Below are positions 8,730 through 19,036 of a stretch of 64,000 nucleotides of DNA, piece by piece. The notes beneath the pieces were generated by a model. It worked only from the letters and a program-made list of their open reading frames with translations. It was not told where the DNA came from and did no database searches. Source of the stretch: an uncultured Gemmatimonadales bacterium (lineage in GTDB: Bacteria; Gemmatimonadota; Gemmatimonadetes; Longimicrobiales; Gaopeijiaceae). The position numbers and the translations under genes were made by a program. The stretch is taken from positions 1,248,001 through 1,312,000 of the forward strand of contig CAWELD010000003.1 in NCBI GenBank assembly GCA_963809895.1. The letters are read 5' to 3'. Numbering within the stretch: the stretch's first letter is position 1; each line of letters starts with the position of its first letter.

Positions 8730-9076
8730 ACCCAACCCTCACGACCCTCCTGGAAATCCAGGATCTGCGCTCCAAGCTCAGGGAGCTGGAGCAGAATCCA
8801 GACCTGGAGGTCGAGGAGTTCCACATCGATCCAGGCGCGGCGCGCGAGCATCTGGCGACCAAGATCGAGGAGTTGGAGCAGGGACTACCGGACGCCGTCC
8901 GCCGCCGGTACCAACGGGTGGCATCGAACCTTGAGCGCGTGGTGGTGCCGGTGATCAACGGCGTGTGCTACGGCTGCTTCGTCTCCATCGCTGCGGCCAC
9001 CGCCGGCGACCAGGACCCCAACACCGAGCTTCGGAGCTGCGAGACCTGCGGCCGGTTCCTCTACATCCTGAGTTGA
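8726..9076 (+). CDS. Short C4-type zinc-ribbon domain protein (CT398/HP0958-like C-terminal domain)
   Basis: GTG start overlaps the ptsN stop (GTGA). LLEIQDL N-terminus, then RRYQRV...VVPVINGVCYGCFVSI...CETCGRFLY. Confidence 0.75.
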   Translation: MNPTLTTLLEIQDLRSKLRELEQNPDLEVEEFHIDPGAAREHLATKIEELEQGLPDAVRRRYQRVASNLERVVVPVINGVCYGCFVSIAAATAGDQDPNTELRSCETCGRFLYILS

Positions 9077-9096
9077 AGCGACCCGAGAGACGGAAC

Positions 9097-9143
9097 AACG
9101 CCGAGGGGCACCGGATGTCACGTCCGGCGCCCCTCGGTCGTTT
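9097..9143. terminator. Probable bidirectional terminator between convergent genes
   Basis: CCGAGGGGCACCGGA / TCCGGCGCCCCTCGG stem, with AAC on one flank and GTTT on the other. Confidence 0.65.
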
Positions 9144-9164
9144 CACGGCAGGACCATAGCGACG

Positions 9165-9611
9165 CTACTTGGTCACGATGATCCGGATGTGCTTGCTCTT
9201 GCCGTTGACGGTGAGCTGCAGGAAGTAGACGCCGGAAGCCACGGAGCGGCCGTTGGTGTCCTTGCCGTCCCAGAAGGCTTCGTATCGCCCCGGTGACGTG
9301 TATTCGAGCCTGCTCAACTCCACTTCGCCGGCGGGATGGTTCAACGCCACCGGCCTGGCGATGGGCTGCTGCAGCAGGTTGTAGATGCGCATGGACACAT
9401 AGACAGGACCCCCGTCGACGAACAGGTCCTCGTTCAATACGAACGGGATCCGCGTCTCAGGGTTGAACGGATTCGGATAGTTCTGTTCGAGTTGGAATCC
9501 GCTCTCCTGACCAGACCGGCCCGCCCCAACTTCCTGAGCGGACAGGTTGGGGACAATGCTCAGGCCGAGCATGGCAAGGAGGACGAACGAGACGCGAGCC
9601 AGGCGTCTCAT
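9165..9611 (-). CDS. Secreted small protein consisting of a T9SS-CTD-like / FlgD Ig-like domain
   Basis: Signal peptide MRRLARVSFVLLAMLGL..LSA-Q, then FQLEQNYPNPFNPETRIPF ... WDGKDTNGRSVASGVYFLQL. Confidence 0.75.
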   Translation of the reverse strand: MRRLARVSFVLLAMLGLSIVPNLSAQEVGAGRSGQESGFQLEQNYPNPFNPETRIPFVLNEDLFVDGGPVYVSMRIYNLLQQPIARPVALNHPAGEVELSRLEYTSPGRYEAFWDGKDTNGRSVASGVYFLQLTVNGKSKHIRIIVTK

Positions 9612-9822
9612 CGGGACCTCCACACAGATTTGGGCTGTGCCGTAGCCGTGATTCGAATTGCGCTCCAGGGCGTTCGTGAACGTGCGGGGCCTGTCGACGG
9701 CCCTGTTGTCATGATAGGAAGCCGGGCATCCCGGGGTCAAGAATGACGAGCACGTCCAGGTTCTACTACACGTTGAGACGCGTCGGGCTCCATGGGGGTT
9801 GCCCCGGCGTAGCGCCCCACGC

Positions 9823-11724
9823 TCAAGTCCGGGGCACGGCCCGACCCTCACCCCCCCGTTGGGTCACTCCGGTCCGGTCGAAATACGCCAGAATCGGGAG
9901 CAAGTAGCGACGGCTCACGGGGATCACGGACTTGAAGTCCGCGGGCCCCAGCCCCTCCCGACCGCCGAGCTCGGACTTCACCGCCTCCGTGGCCGCAGAA
10001 AGCGCAGCGGCCGAAATCCAGAGCCGCCCGTCGAGCGGGACCAGGACGCCCGCGTCCTCGAGGTCGCGCAGCAGAGACCAGAAGGCCGGGTCACCCCGCA
10101 TGGCGGCGGGGAGATCGTCGACGGACGGGGCCTCCAACCCGGCGTCGCGGTACGCGCGGGCGATCTCGTCCCGTAGCGCGCTCTGGTCGGGTGTGAGGCG
10201 GGGCTCGAATCCGCTGCGAGCGACGACCCCGCGGTCCATCTGCAATCGCCCTTCCCCGACCAGCTGCTCCAGGACGGCATCGGCCAGGCCCGCAGCCGCG
10301 TCACCCGGGAGCACGTCGCGAAGCTCTTCCACAGGCATGCCCTGGCGGAAGGGCTCGGACTCGTGGAGCGCCTCCACCTGGTCCAGCAGGATCCGGCGCA
10401 CCTCGTGCGCAGTGGCCGGCCCCACGATCCGTTCCTGCGGCGTCTGGATCGCGCCCTCGGCGAGGAGCGTCACGAGGATTCCGTCCACCACCCCGGGAGC
10501 AAAGCCCGACGCCACCGGCATCAATGAGCGTGACACTCCGGCCCAGCCGGCTCGCTCCAGCACGGCGGTCACCACCTCGGCCGCGCCGTCCTGGACGGTC
10601 GCCCTGAGACCCTCGACGAGCTCGGCCTCTGCCCGGTGCCGCTTGGGTGGGTGCGTCTCGGCCACCACAGCCCCGCCGATGGTGGTCACGGGCGAATAGG
10701 ACCGGAGCACCAGCGCCTGCCGCGCCCGCGCCGCGGCCGGGCTCTCCAGGCGGAGCTGGCCCCATCCCGTCTCCCCGGCCCTGAGCGGCTGGTCCCCGAA
10801 CACCACGGCACGCGCCATGACCTCGGCGGTCCCCAGGTGGACGCGGACGCGCTGATTGTGGGCGAGCTCCCAGGGCGTGTCCTCCAGGAGCCTGAAGCGG
10901 ACCGTGAGCATCCGGCTCTCCGGCCACGTCTCGTGCGTGGTCAGGGTCTGACCGCGGGTCACGTGCTCCCGGTCCATGACCTCACCCGCCAGGGCCACCG
11001 CGACCCGGGAGCCGGCTTCCGCGGCGTCCACGTCCTCGCCGTGGACCTGAAGGCCCCGCACGCGACCCGGCAACTCTCCCGGAACCAGGCGAACCCGTTC
11101 GCCGACGGCGAGGCGGCCGGACCAGAGCGTCCCGGTCACCACGGTGCCGGTGCCTCGGACCGTGAAGACCCGGTCCACCGGCAACACGGCCATATCATCG
11201 GCCTCGGGCGCCCCAGCGCCCAGCGCCGTCTCCAGAAGCAGCGTTCTGAGCTCGTCCACGCCACGGCCCGTGCGGGCCGAGGTCGGCACCACCGGCGCCT
11301 CCGCGTAGGGGGTGTCCTCCAGCGTCTCCCGGACCTCCTCTCGCACGAGCTCGAGCCACTCCGGCTCCACCAGATCCGTCTTGGTGAGGGCCACCACCAG
11401 CCGGTCCACCCCGAGCAGGCGCACGATGGCCAGGTGTTCGCGCGTCTGCGGCATCACGCCCTCGTCGGCCGCCACCACCAGGAGCACGACGTCCATACCC
11501 GTGGCGCCGGCCAGCATGTTGCGGACGAAGCCCTCGTGCCCGGGCACGTCGACCACCCCGAGGCGGATCTCGTCGCCCGCCAGCTCGGCGAACCCCAGAT
11601 CGATGGTGATGCCGCGCTCCTTCTCCTCCTTGAGCCGATCGGTGTCCACGCCCGTCAGCGCGCGGACCAGCGCCGTCTTGCCGTGGTCGATGTGGCCGGC
11701 GGTGCCCAGGATCAGGCTACGCAT
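9823..11724 (-). CDS. selB: Selenocysteine-specific translation elongation factor
   Basis: GTAGHIDHGKT, DRLKEEKERGITIDLGF, DVPGHE, MPQTREH, C-terminal winged-helix SRRYLLPILAYFD; 633 aa. Confidence 0.96.
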   Translation of the reverse strand: MRSLILGTAGHIDHGKTALVRALTGVDTDRLKEEKERGITIDLGFAELAGDEIRLGVVDVPGHEGFVRNMLAGATGMDVVLLVVAADEGVMPQTREHLAIVRLLGVDRLVVALTKTDLVEPEWLELVREEVRETLEDTPYAEAPVVPTSARTGRGVDELRTLLLETALGAGAPEADDMAVLPVDRVFTVRGTGTVVTGTLWSGRLAVGERVRLVPGELPGRVRGLQVHGEDVDAAEAGSRVAVALAGEVMDREHVTRGQTLTTHETWPESRMLTVRFRLLEDTPWELAHNQRVRVHLGTAEVMARAVVFGDQPLRAGETGWGQLRLESPAAARARQALVLRSYSPVTTIGGAVVAETHPPKRHRAEAELVEGLRATVQDGAAEVVTAVLERAGWAGVSRSLMPVASGFAPGVVDGILVTLLAEGAIQTPQERIVGPATAHEVRRILLDQVEALHESEPFRQGMPVEELRDVLPGDAAAGLADAVLEQLVGEGRLQMDRGVVARSGFEPRLTPDQSALRDEIARAYRDAGLEAPSVDDLPAAMRGDPAFWSLLRDLEDAGVLVPLDGRLWISAAALSAATEAVKSELGGREGLGPADFKSVIPVSRRYLLPILAYFDRTGVTQRGGEGRAVPRT

Positions 11725-12472
11725 CGTCCATGGGGAGGAGGGCTGCGAGGATCCGGAACGTTTCCAGCGGCCGGCTCCCGGCCAGATGGTAGGTGACGAA
11801 GTCGCTCAGAAGCTGCAGGTGCGCGCGGGGCCGGGTCAGGGGGTCCGGCACGCTTCCCGCCAGCAGACCGGCGAGTTGCGCGCGGGCACCGGGGCCCACA
11901 CGGGTGGCGGTGGAGCCTCCGGCGCATGACGCGCAGCGCAGTCCGCCCTGCCCGAAGTCCACGCGGGCCATCTCCTCGTCGTCCAGTGCCCTTCCGCAAT
12001 CGAGACAGGTCTCGAACGCCGGATGGAAACCCAGGACGCTGACCAACCCCCAGCCCTCTTTCAGGAGCACTCCGACCAGCGCAGCACGCTCGGCCTGCTC
12101 CAGGGCATCGAGCGCGTCCGAGGTCACCTGGAACAGGTGTCCGGTGTCGGCCTCCCCTGCATGCCGAAGCACGATCTCCGCCAACACCGACGCCGCCGCC
12201 AGACGCACCGGATCGACCCCCAATCCACGCCGAGCACGATCTACGTCAAATTCTTTGAAAGTCTGAAGATCACGGGTTTCCTTCATGTAGAACGTCAGAG
12301 ATCCGCCGGCGAAGGTCGCCAGGCCGGAGGATCCACGCGCGCCCGAGCGGCGCGCCCCGCGAGCCATGACGCCCACGATGCCGCGGCGGTCCGTCAGGAA
12401 TCGAAGGACCAGGCTGGTCTCGCTGTAGGGATGGGCCCGGAGCAGGAGCGCCCGGACCGTGAGCAGGCTCAC
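11717..12472 (-). CDS. recO: DNA repair protein RecO
   Basis: YSETSLVLRFLT..GIVGVMARGAR N-terminal OB motif and CxxC...CxxC zinc site. GTG start overlaps the upstream stop. Confidence 0.9.
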   Translation of the reverse strand: MSLLTVRALLLRAHPYSETSLVLRFLTDRRGIVGVMARGARRSGARGSSGLATFAGGSLTFYMKETRDLQTFKEFDVDRARRGLGVDPVRLAAASVLAEIVLRHAGEADTGHLFQVTSDALDALEQAERAALVGVLLKEGWGLVSVLGFHPAFETCLDCGRALDDEEMARVDFGQGGLRCASCAGGSTATRVGPGARAQLAGLLAGSVPDPLTRPRAHLQLLSDFVTYHLAGSRPLETFRILAALLPMDDA

Positions 12473-13647
12473 CCGAGCTCCCGGAGTCGCGCCATCAGAT
12501 CCGCCCGTCTCGCCTCCAGACGCCGCGCCTCTCGGGGCGACAGGCCCTGGCTCGCCAGGGACTGATCCACCTTGGCCACCTCGAGGATGAGACGCTGGCG
12601 TGTATCCGCGACCGGCGCCGCGGCCTGTCCCGCGCCCGGCGGGGCCGCCCTCGACGGCCCGGCGACGGACCCCGTGGGCGCACTGGCTCGATTGCGCTGT
12701 AGCGCGTAGAGCGCGGCGCCGGCCAACAACAGGGCCAGCAGAACGGCCAGCCACTCCATGGGGATCTGAGTCGGTCCCTTTCCCAGCGTGATCACGATGG
12801 CGGTGTCCGCCGGCAGACTGCCCCCGTAGCGGCGATACGTCACCCCGGGCTCCATCTCCACGGACTCCACGCCGGTCAGCCCGGCGATGTCCAGCGATGG
12901 CGCCGGCTCACGTACCAGGAGCTCGATCTCGCCGGTGGCCGCCGCCACGGGAATCCGCAGGCTGTCCAGGCTGGCCACCGTGTAGCGCACCACGAACTGT
13001 CGCGTGCCCGGAGAGATCGGCGAGCCCACCGACAGGACGCTGCCTACGACCCGGGGTCCGCTGGGGTCACCGCCACCCAACTCCACACTGTGGGCGCTCG
13101 GCGGCAGGGGATGGCTCCAGGTGGCGCCGCTGTCCCGAGCCACCAGCGTACGATTCTCCTGGTTCTCGATCTCGAACAGGTCCGTGACCTGCCAGCTTCC
13201 GTCGGCACCGGGATCGAAGATCAGGTAGCGCACGCCCACGGGCAGGTTCGCCCCCGACGGGGCCACGGACATGGTGTCGTAGGCCTGGATCGTGTAGACC
13301 GAGTCCAGCTGGACCGCCCGGGTGAGCGCCGGGCCGAAATAGAGCACTCCCGCGTGCCGCACCGAGGCGAAATAGATGTCCCCCGCCCCGCTGGGATCCG
13401 GCACGCTGGGGAGCCGGAATCGAAACGTTCCGTCGGGCCCGCTCTTCAGGGAGTCCAACTCGCCCGCGCTGTCCGCCGAAACGCGGTGGAGGACCACCAT
13501 GGTGCCCGCAACCGCCGAATCCCCCAGCAGCACCCGGCCGTTGAGCTCCGGGCGAGCTTCGACCTGGGCTCTCGCCATGGAGGCCCCGGCCAGTGCCGCC
13601 ACCAGCGCCGGCAGCGCAACCCCGCGAAGGCGTCGTGGAAGTGTCAC
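12469..13647 (-). CDS. Hypothetical exported, C-terminally membrane-anchored protein
   Basis: Signal peptide, carboxypeptidase-regulatory-like beta domain (GRVLLG...DGTFRFRL), TM helix near the C-terminus, charged helical tail. Overlaps both neighbours by 4 nt. Confidence 0.7.
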   Translation of the reverse strand: MTLPRRLRGVALPALVAALAGASMARAQVEARPELNGRVLLGDSAVAGTMVVLHRVSADSAGELDSLKSGPDGTFRFRLPSVPDPSGAGDIYFASVRHAGVLYFGPALTRAVQLDSVYTIQAYDTMSVAPSGANLPVGVRYLIFDPGADGSWQVTDLFEIENQENRTLVARDSGATWSHPLPPSAHSVELGGGDPSGPRVVGSVLSVGSPISPGTRQFVVRYTVASLDSLRIPVAAATGEIELLVREPAPSLDIAGLTGVESVEMEPGVTYRRYGGSLPADTAIVITLGKGPTQIPMEWLAVLLALLLAGAALYALQRNRASAPTGSVAGPSRAAPPGAGQAAAPVADTRQRLILEVAKVDQSLASQGLSPREARRLEARRADLMARLRELG

Positions 13648-14183
13648 GGCGTGAAGCGCCCGAAGTCCTCGGGATTGAGCTTGCGCAGGTAGGCTTCGAG
13701 CTCCTCGGGTGTCATGCCCCGGGACACCGAAGGGTCCGGCGCCGAGCCAGAGGGCGCCGGGCCCGGGGCCTCTTCAGCCTCGGCGATCTCCAGCGCCACC
13801 CGATCGAGAAGCTCCTCCTCCGTGAAGATACCCGCGTCGGTGCGTAGTGCCACGGCGATGGAATCCGAAGGCCGGGCATCGACGGTCAGGACCTCGTCAC
13901 CCCTGTGGATCACCAGCTCGGCGTAGTAGGTGTTCTCTTCGACGCGCGTGATGACGATGCGCTCCAGCTTACCCCCGAGCGTCTTCAGGACCGACACCAG
14001 CAGGTCGTGGGTGAGGGGCCTGGCGAACTCGGCTTCGGCGAGCTCCATGGCGATGGCGCTGGCCTCGGCGGCGCCGATCCAGATCGGCAGGATCCGTTCC
14101 CCCTCCAACTCCCGCAGCACCACGACGGGGGTGTCGTTGGAGCGGTCCATTCCCAGGCTCTGCACCCTGACTTCGACCAGCAC
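13644..14183 (-). CDS. Bifunctional nuclease family protein (DUF151)
   Basis: LPIWIGAAEASAI, RPLTHDLL and DARPSDSIAVALR motifs. GGGAGG RBS about 10 nt before GTG 14183. Confidence 0.9.
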   Translation of the reverse strand: MLVEVRVQSLGMDRSNDTPVVVLRELEGERILPIWIGAAEASAIAMELAEAEFARPLTHDLLVSVLKTLGGKLERIVITRVEENTYYAELVIHRGDEVLTVDARPSDSIAVALRTDAGIFTEEELLDRVALEIAEAEEAPGPAPSGSAPDPSVSRGMTPEELEAYLRKLNPEDFGRFTP

Positions 14184-14266
14184 GACGGACACGCCTCCCT
14201 TTGAGGACCAGGCGAACACGGGCTCGCCTGCTCAGTACTCCCCACCGGACGGCGAGTTCGGCCGAT

Positions 14267-15442
<1,176 letters not shown>

Positions 15443-15556
15443 GCAGAAGTTCCGAATTGGGTGCGAGAGATCGGCCGTCAGGCGCTGCCTGCCAGGAAGA
15501 ACGACCGTGAGAAGCTACCGGCGCACGCCGGCAGGGGGAAGGTCGCTCGAAGCTCC

Positions 15557-17341
15557 CTACCGGCGCAGCGACAGGCTCCAACGGCCCTGGTACGCCTCCA
15601 GGTCCACGCTGTCCCCGATGCCCTCGGCCAGGGACACCATCACGTCGCGCGGGGTGGGCGCCGCCAGGGCCTTGCGAGCAGCCTTGTGGGCATCCTCCAC
15701 ACGCATCTCCCGGATCACCTTCTTGAGCTCGGGAAGCGCCGGCCACGCCGCCGACAACGCCATGATGTCCAACCCCAGCAGAAGGAAGGCGCCCAGGGCG
15801 GTGGCCGCCATCTCGCCGCACACGCTCACTTCGATGCCGGCGGCGCGCGCCACCCGGCTCACCGAATGGAGCTGCCGCACCACCGCTGGATGGAACGGAT
15901 TGTACAGGTGCGCCAGTCGCGCATTGGTGCGATCCACGGCCAGGGTGTACTGGACCAGGTCGTTGGTGCCGATGGAGAAGAAGTCGGAGTGGCGAGCGAG
16001 CTCCGCCGCGTCCAACGCGGCGGCGGGTGTCTCGATCATCACACCGAGCTTGTAGCCCGAGTTGTACGGGATCCCGTCGCGCCGGAGCTTCGCCTCTTCT
16101 TCTTCCAGAAGCTCCCGCACCCGCACGATCTCGTCCACGTCGTTCACCAGGGGGACCATGATGCGCACGTCCCCGTGGGCGGACGCCCGCAGGATCGCCC
16201 GCAACTGAACCCGGAACAGCTCGGGCTCCTCCAGCAGCACGCGCACCGCGCGCCATCCCAGGAAGGGATTCTCCTCGGCCGGCATGTGGAGGAACACCGG
16301 AAACTTGTCCCCGCCGAGATCGAAGAGACGGATGTAGACGGCGCAGCCCTGGAAGGTCTCCGCCACCATTCGGTACGCCTGGTACTGCTCCTCCTCGTCC
16401 GGCATGGCCGCCCGACCCATGACCAGGAACTCGGTGCGGAAGAGCCCGACGCCGTCGGCGCCGTGCCGCCGCGCGCTGGGGGCCTCCACCGGCAGGTCCA
16501 GATTGGCCCTGAGCGCCACCGGTTGTCCGTCTTCGGTGATCGCTTCCAGGCGCGCGATGGCCTCGACCTCCTCCTCCCACAGGCGAATCCGGCTGCGTCG
16601 CTCTTCGAACACCCGCTTGTCCCGCTCGTCGGGGTCCAGCACCACCCGGCCGATGCGGCCGTCGACGATGGCCTCCTGACCGTTCTTGGCCCGCCGCGAG
16701 ATGTCCCCCAGCCCGACCACCGCCGGGATCTCGAGGGAGCGGGCGAGGATGGCCCAGTGCGAGGTGCGGGTGCCCTGGTCCGTGGCCACGGCCCTGACCC
16801 TGCCTTCCTCCAGGTGGATGGTCAGCGAGGGTGTCAGGTTGCGGGCAACGATGATGGTCTCCTCGTTGCCGTCTTCCAGGGCCCAGGGATCCGCGAGATC
16901 CAGGAGCCGGTGCAGGAGCCGGACCTGGAGATCCTCGAGGTCGTTGAGGCGATCCAGCACCATGGGATGCGACGTCCGGCTCCACTGGGCCTGGAGCTCC
17001 AGCATGCGCCAATCGAAGGCCCGCGCGGCGATCAAGCGGTTCTCCCGGATGTAGCGCACCGTGCCGTCCACGAGCTCCACGTCCTCCAGCATGAGGACCT
17101 GGGGGTCGAAGATGCGGGCCTCCACGGGCCCGAGCCGCTTCTCGGTGCGCGCCTTCAGATCCAGGAGCCGCTCCCGGGCCCACTGACGGGCCTCGTGGAA
17201 GCGCTGGATCTCCCGCTCCACCTGTGCCGGCTCCACCATCTCGTGGGGCACGTCCGGAACGCCCCAGTCGACCACGCGCACGTGGCCCCAGGCGATTCCT
17301 TCCGAAGCCGGGAAACCGTCCAGCACGGTCGACGCCCCCAT
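15557..17341 (-). CDS. ptsI: PTS enzyme I (PEP-protein phosphotransferase)
   Basis: GTRTSHWAILAR phospho-His site, GVGLFRTEFL, EENPFLGWRAVR, FFSIGTNDLVQY, VCGEMA. Confidence 0.95.
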   Translation of the reverse strand: MGASTVLDGFPASEGIAWGHVRVVDWGVPDVPHEMVEPAQVEREIQRFHEARQWARERLLDLKARTEKRLGPVEARIFDPQVLMLEDVELVDGTVRYIRENRLIAARAFDWRMLELQAQWSRTSHPMVLDRLNDLEDLQVRLLHRLLDLADPWALEDGNEETIIVARNLTPSLTIHLEEGRVRAVATDQGTRTSHWAILARSLEIPAVVGLGDISRRAKNGQEAIVDGRIGRVVLDPDERDKRVFEERRSRIRLWEEEVEAIARLEAITEDGQPVALRANLDLPVEAPSARRHGADGVGLFRTEFLVMGRAAMPDEEEQYQAYRMVAETFQGCAVYIRLFDLGGDKFPVFLHMPAEENPFLGWRAVRVLLEEPELFRVQLRAILRASAHGDVRIMVPLVNDVDEIVRVRELLEEEEAKLRRDGIPYNSGYKLGVMIETPAAALDAAELARHSDFFSIGTNDLVQYTLAVDRTNARLAHLYNPFHPAVVRQLHSVSRVARAAGIEVSVCGEMAATALGAFLLLGLDIMALSAAWPALPELKKVIREMRVEDAHKAARKALAAPTPRDVMVSLAEGIGDSVDLEAYQGRWSLSLRR

Positions 17342-17628
17342 CACTCCTCGAAACCTCGCTGCACCAGCCCGCTGAGCGCCTCCACCGCCTCGGGAGCGTC
17401 GGCTCCGTCGGCCCGGATGATCAGCCTGCTGCCGCACTCCGCCGCCAGCATGAGCACGCCCATGATGCTCTTGCCGTTGACCTCCAGTCCTTCCTTCTCC
17501 ACGCGGATCTCCGAGCGGAAGCGCCCGGCGAGCTTCACGAACTCGCTGGCGGGCCGCGCGTGCAACCCGGCGCGGTTCACGATCTCCACGGTGCTCTCGT
17601 GCACCGGTCGTCCGTTGGCTTGGCTCAT
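17341..17628 (-). CDS. ptsH: Phosphocarrier protein HPr
   Basis: GLHARPA (His15) and NGKSIMGVLML (Ser46). Confidence 0.95.
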   Translation of the reverse strand: MSQANGRPVHESTVEIVNRAGLHARPASEFVKLAGRFRSEIRVEKEGLEVNGKSIMGVLMLAAECGSRLIIRADGADAPEAVEALSGLVQRGFEE

Positions 17629-18371
17629 GACACCAGGTCCGGCACGAGGATGAGTCCCACGGAAAATACCACGACCAGGGCCGTCGGCCGCCAGGCCCGG
17701 GTGCCCAGCCCGAGGCCGGCCAGCAGGGCGAGCACCGCCCCGCCGGTCCAGGGCCAGGGCGCCCCAGCCAGCCCCTCCTGCCCCGTGAGCAAGAGGCCGG
17801 CCAGGAGGCCAGCGAGGACCACGAGCACGCGCTCCGCGCGGCGGGCACGCCCGGCCAACCCCGCGGTGCGGAGCCGGGAGGCCATGTGGGCCCCTTCGTT
17901 CAGGCCCGTCCGGAAGGCCCACAACCGCAACGCCAGATGGCCGCCGTTGTACACCAGCAAGAACAGGCCCACGCCGATCCACCACCCCACGCCCAGCTCC
18001 AGGAGGACAAGGGCCAGGAGCGCGGCCAGGGGCAGCCAGGTGGCCCACACGACCTTGTCGCCGAGGGCGCCGAGCGGCCCACCCACCGCGGCCCGGAAGC
18101 GCCGGATCGTGGTCTCGTCCGCACGGTCCTCTTCCAGGCGAACGAGGCTCCCCAGAGCGAGCTCGGCGAGGTAGGGATGGGCGTTGAAGTGCCCGGCGTG
18201 GCGGTCCACCGCGCGCTCGAAATCGGCGTCGTCGCGATGAAGGTACCTCAGGAGCGGCATGAGGGCGAAGGCCATCCCGGTGCCGATCATGGTCCGATAG
18301 TTCCACGATCCCTGGATCAGGAAGCTCCGCGCCAGAACACGGATCGAGAGTCCGGGAGGCACACGCGTCAT
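17625..18371 (-). CDS. PTS mannose/fructose/sorbose family EIID
   Basis: RSFLIQGSWNY, FNAHPYLA, GPLGALGDKVVW. Confidence 0.9.
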   Translation of the reverse strand: MTRVPPGLSIRVLARSFLIQGSWNYRTMIGTGMAFALMPLLRYLHRDDADFERAVDRHAGHFNAHPYLAELALGSLVRLEEDRADETTIRRFRAAVGGPLGALGDKVVWATWLPLAALLALVLLELGVGWWIGVGLFLLVYNGGHLALRLWAFRTGLNEGAHMASRLRTAGLAGRARRAERVLVVLAGLLAGLLLTGQEGLAGAPWPWTGGAVLALLAGLGLGTRAWRPTALVVVFSVGLILVPDLVS

Positions 18372-19036
18372 CGTAGCATCACGCCCGCCAGGAGCCCCGC
18401 GCCGAGCCCCAGGCCGAAGAGGAGAAGGCGCCGTGACTGCGGAGCCTCGCCTCGCACCAGAATCCCCAGCGACACGAAGCCCCCCAGCAGCAGCAGGGCC
18501 CGGGTTTCCGGAACACCCAGGGGCCAGCCCGGGGCAAGGTGCGGCGCCAGCAGGGCTCCGAGCGCGAGCCCCACCGCCGTCATGACGCAGCCCCTCAATC
18601 CGTCCAGGCCCAGCGACAGCAGGTGGGCGCGGACCACGCGCCGCGCCGTGACCGGGTCCTCGCCCGGTACGGGGACGAGGCGAGCCGTCACGCGCCGCTG
18701 CAGGGATTGGCTGAGTGAGCACACCTGGCCCCACACCAATCCCCCGGCCACACCCAGCGCGAGCCCCTCGGAGCCTCCGATGGCCGCCGCCACCGCCGCG
18801 CCCACCACGGTGGCTGGACCGGGCTCGGGAAAGCGCGCGCCTCCGGTGGGTACCGCCACCAGGAGATAGAGCTCCAGGACGGCCCCCACCGCCCCGCCCG
18901 CCACCGGATTGCCGGCCACCCAGCCTGCGACCAGACCCGCCACCAGGGGCCGGGAGACCATGAACTGCCCCACGGTGACCCCGTCCATGGCCACGATCCC
19001 TCCGAGGAGGATCAGGACCAGCGTGGTGGCGCTCAC
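18368..19036 (-). CDS. PTS mannose/fructose/sorbose family EIIC
   Basis: MD..TVGQFMVSRPLVAG...GAVLELYLL..VPTGG motif; hydrophobic; GTG start. Confidence 0.88.
   Translation of the reverse strand: MSATTLVLILLGGIVAMDGVTVGQFMVSRPLVAGLVAGWVAGNPVAGGAVGAVLELYLLVAVPTGGARFPEPGPATVVGAAVAAAIGGSEGLALGVAGGLVWGQVCSLSQSLQRRVTARLVPVPGEDPVTARRVVRAHLLSLGLDGLRGCVMTAVGLALGALLAPHLAPGWPLGVPETRALLLLGGFVSLGILVRGEAPQSRRLLLFGLGLGAGLLAGVMLR

Noticed and set aside
9612..9822. tRNA-Sec (selC) downstream of selB
   Set aside because: No cloverleaf, UCA anticodon arm or T-arm consensus found on either strand.
15443..15556. SAM riboswitch upstream of metK
   Set aside because: No SAM-I or SAM-II consensus recognised in the 114-nt gap.
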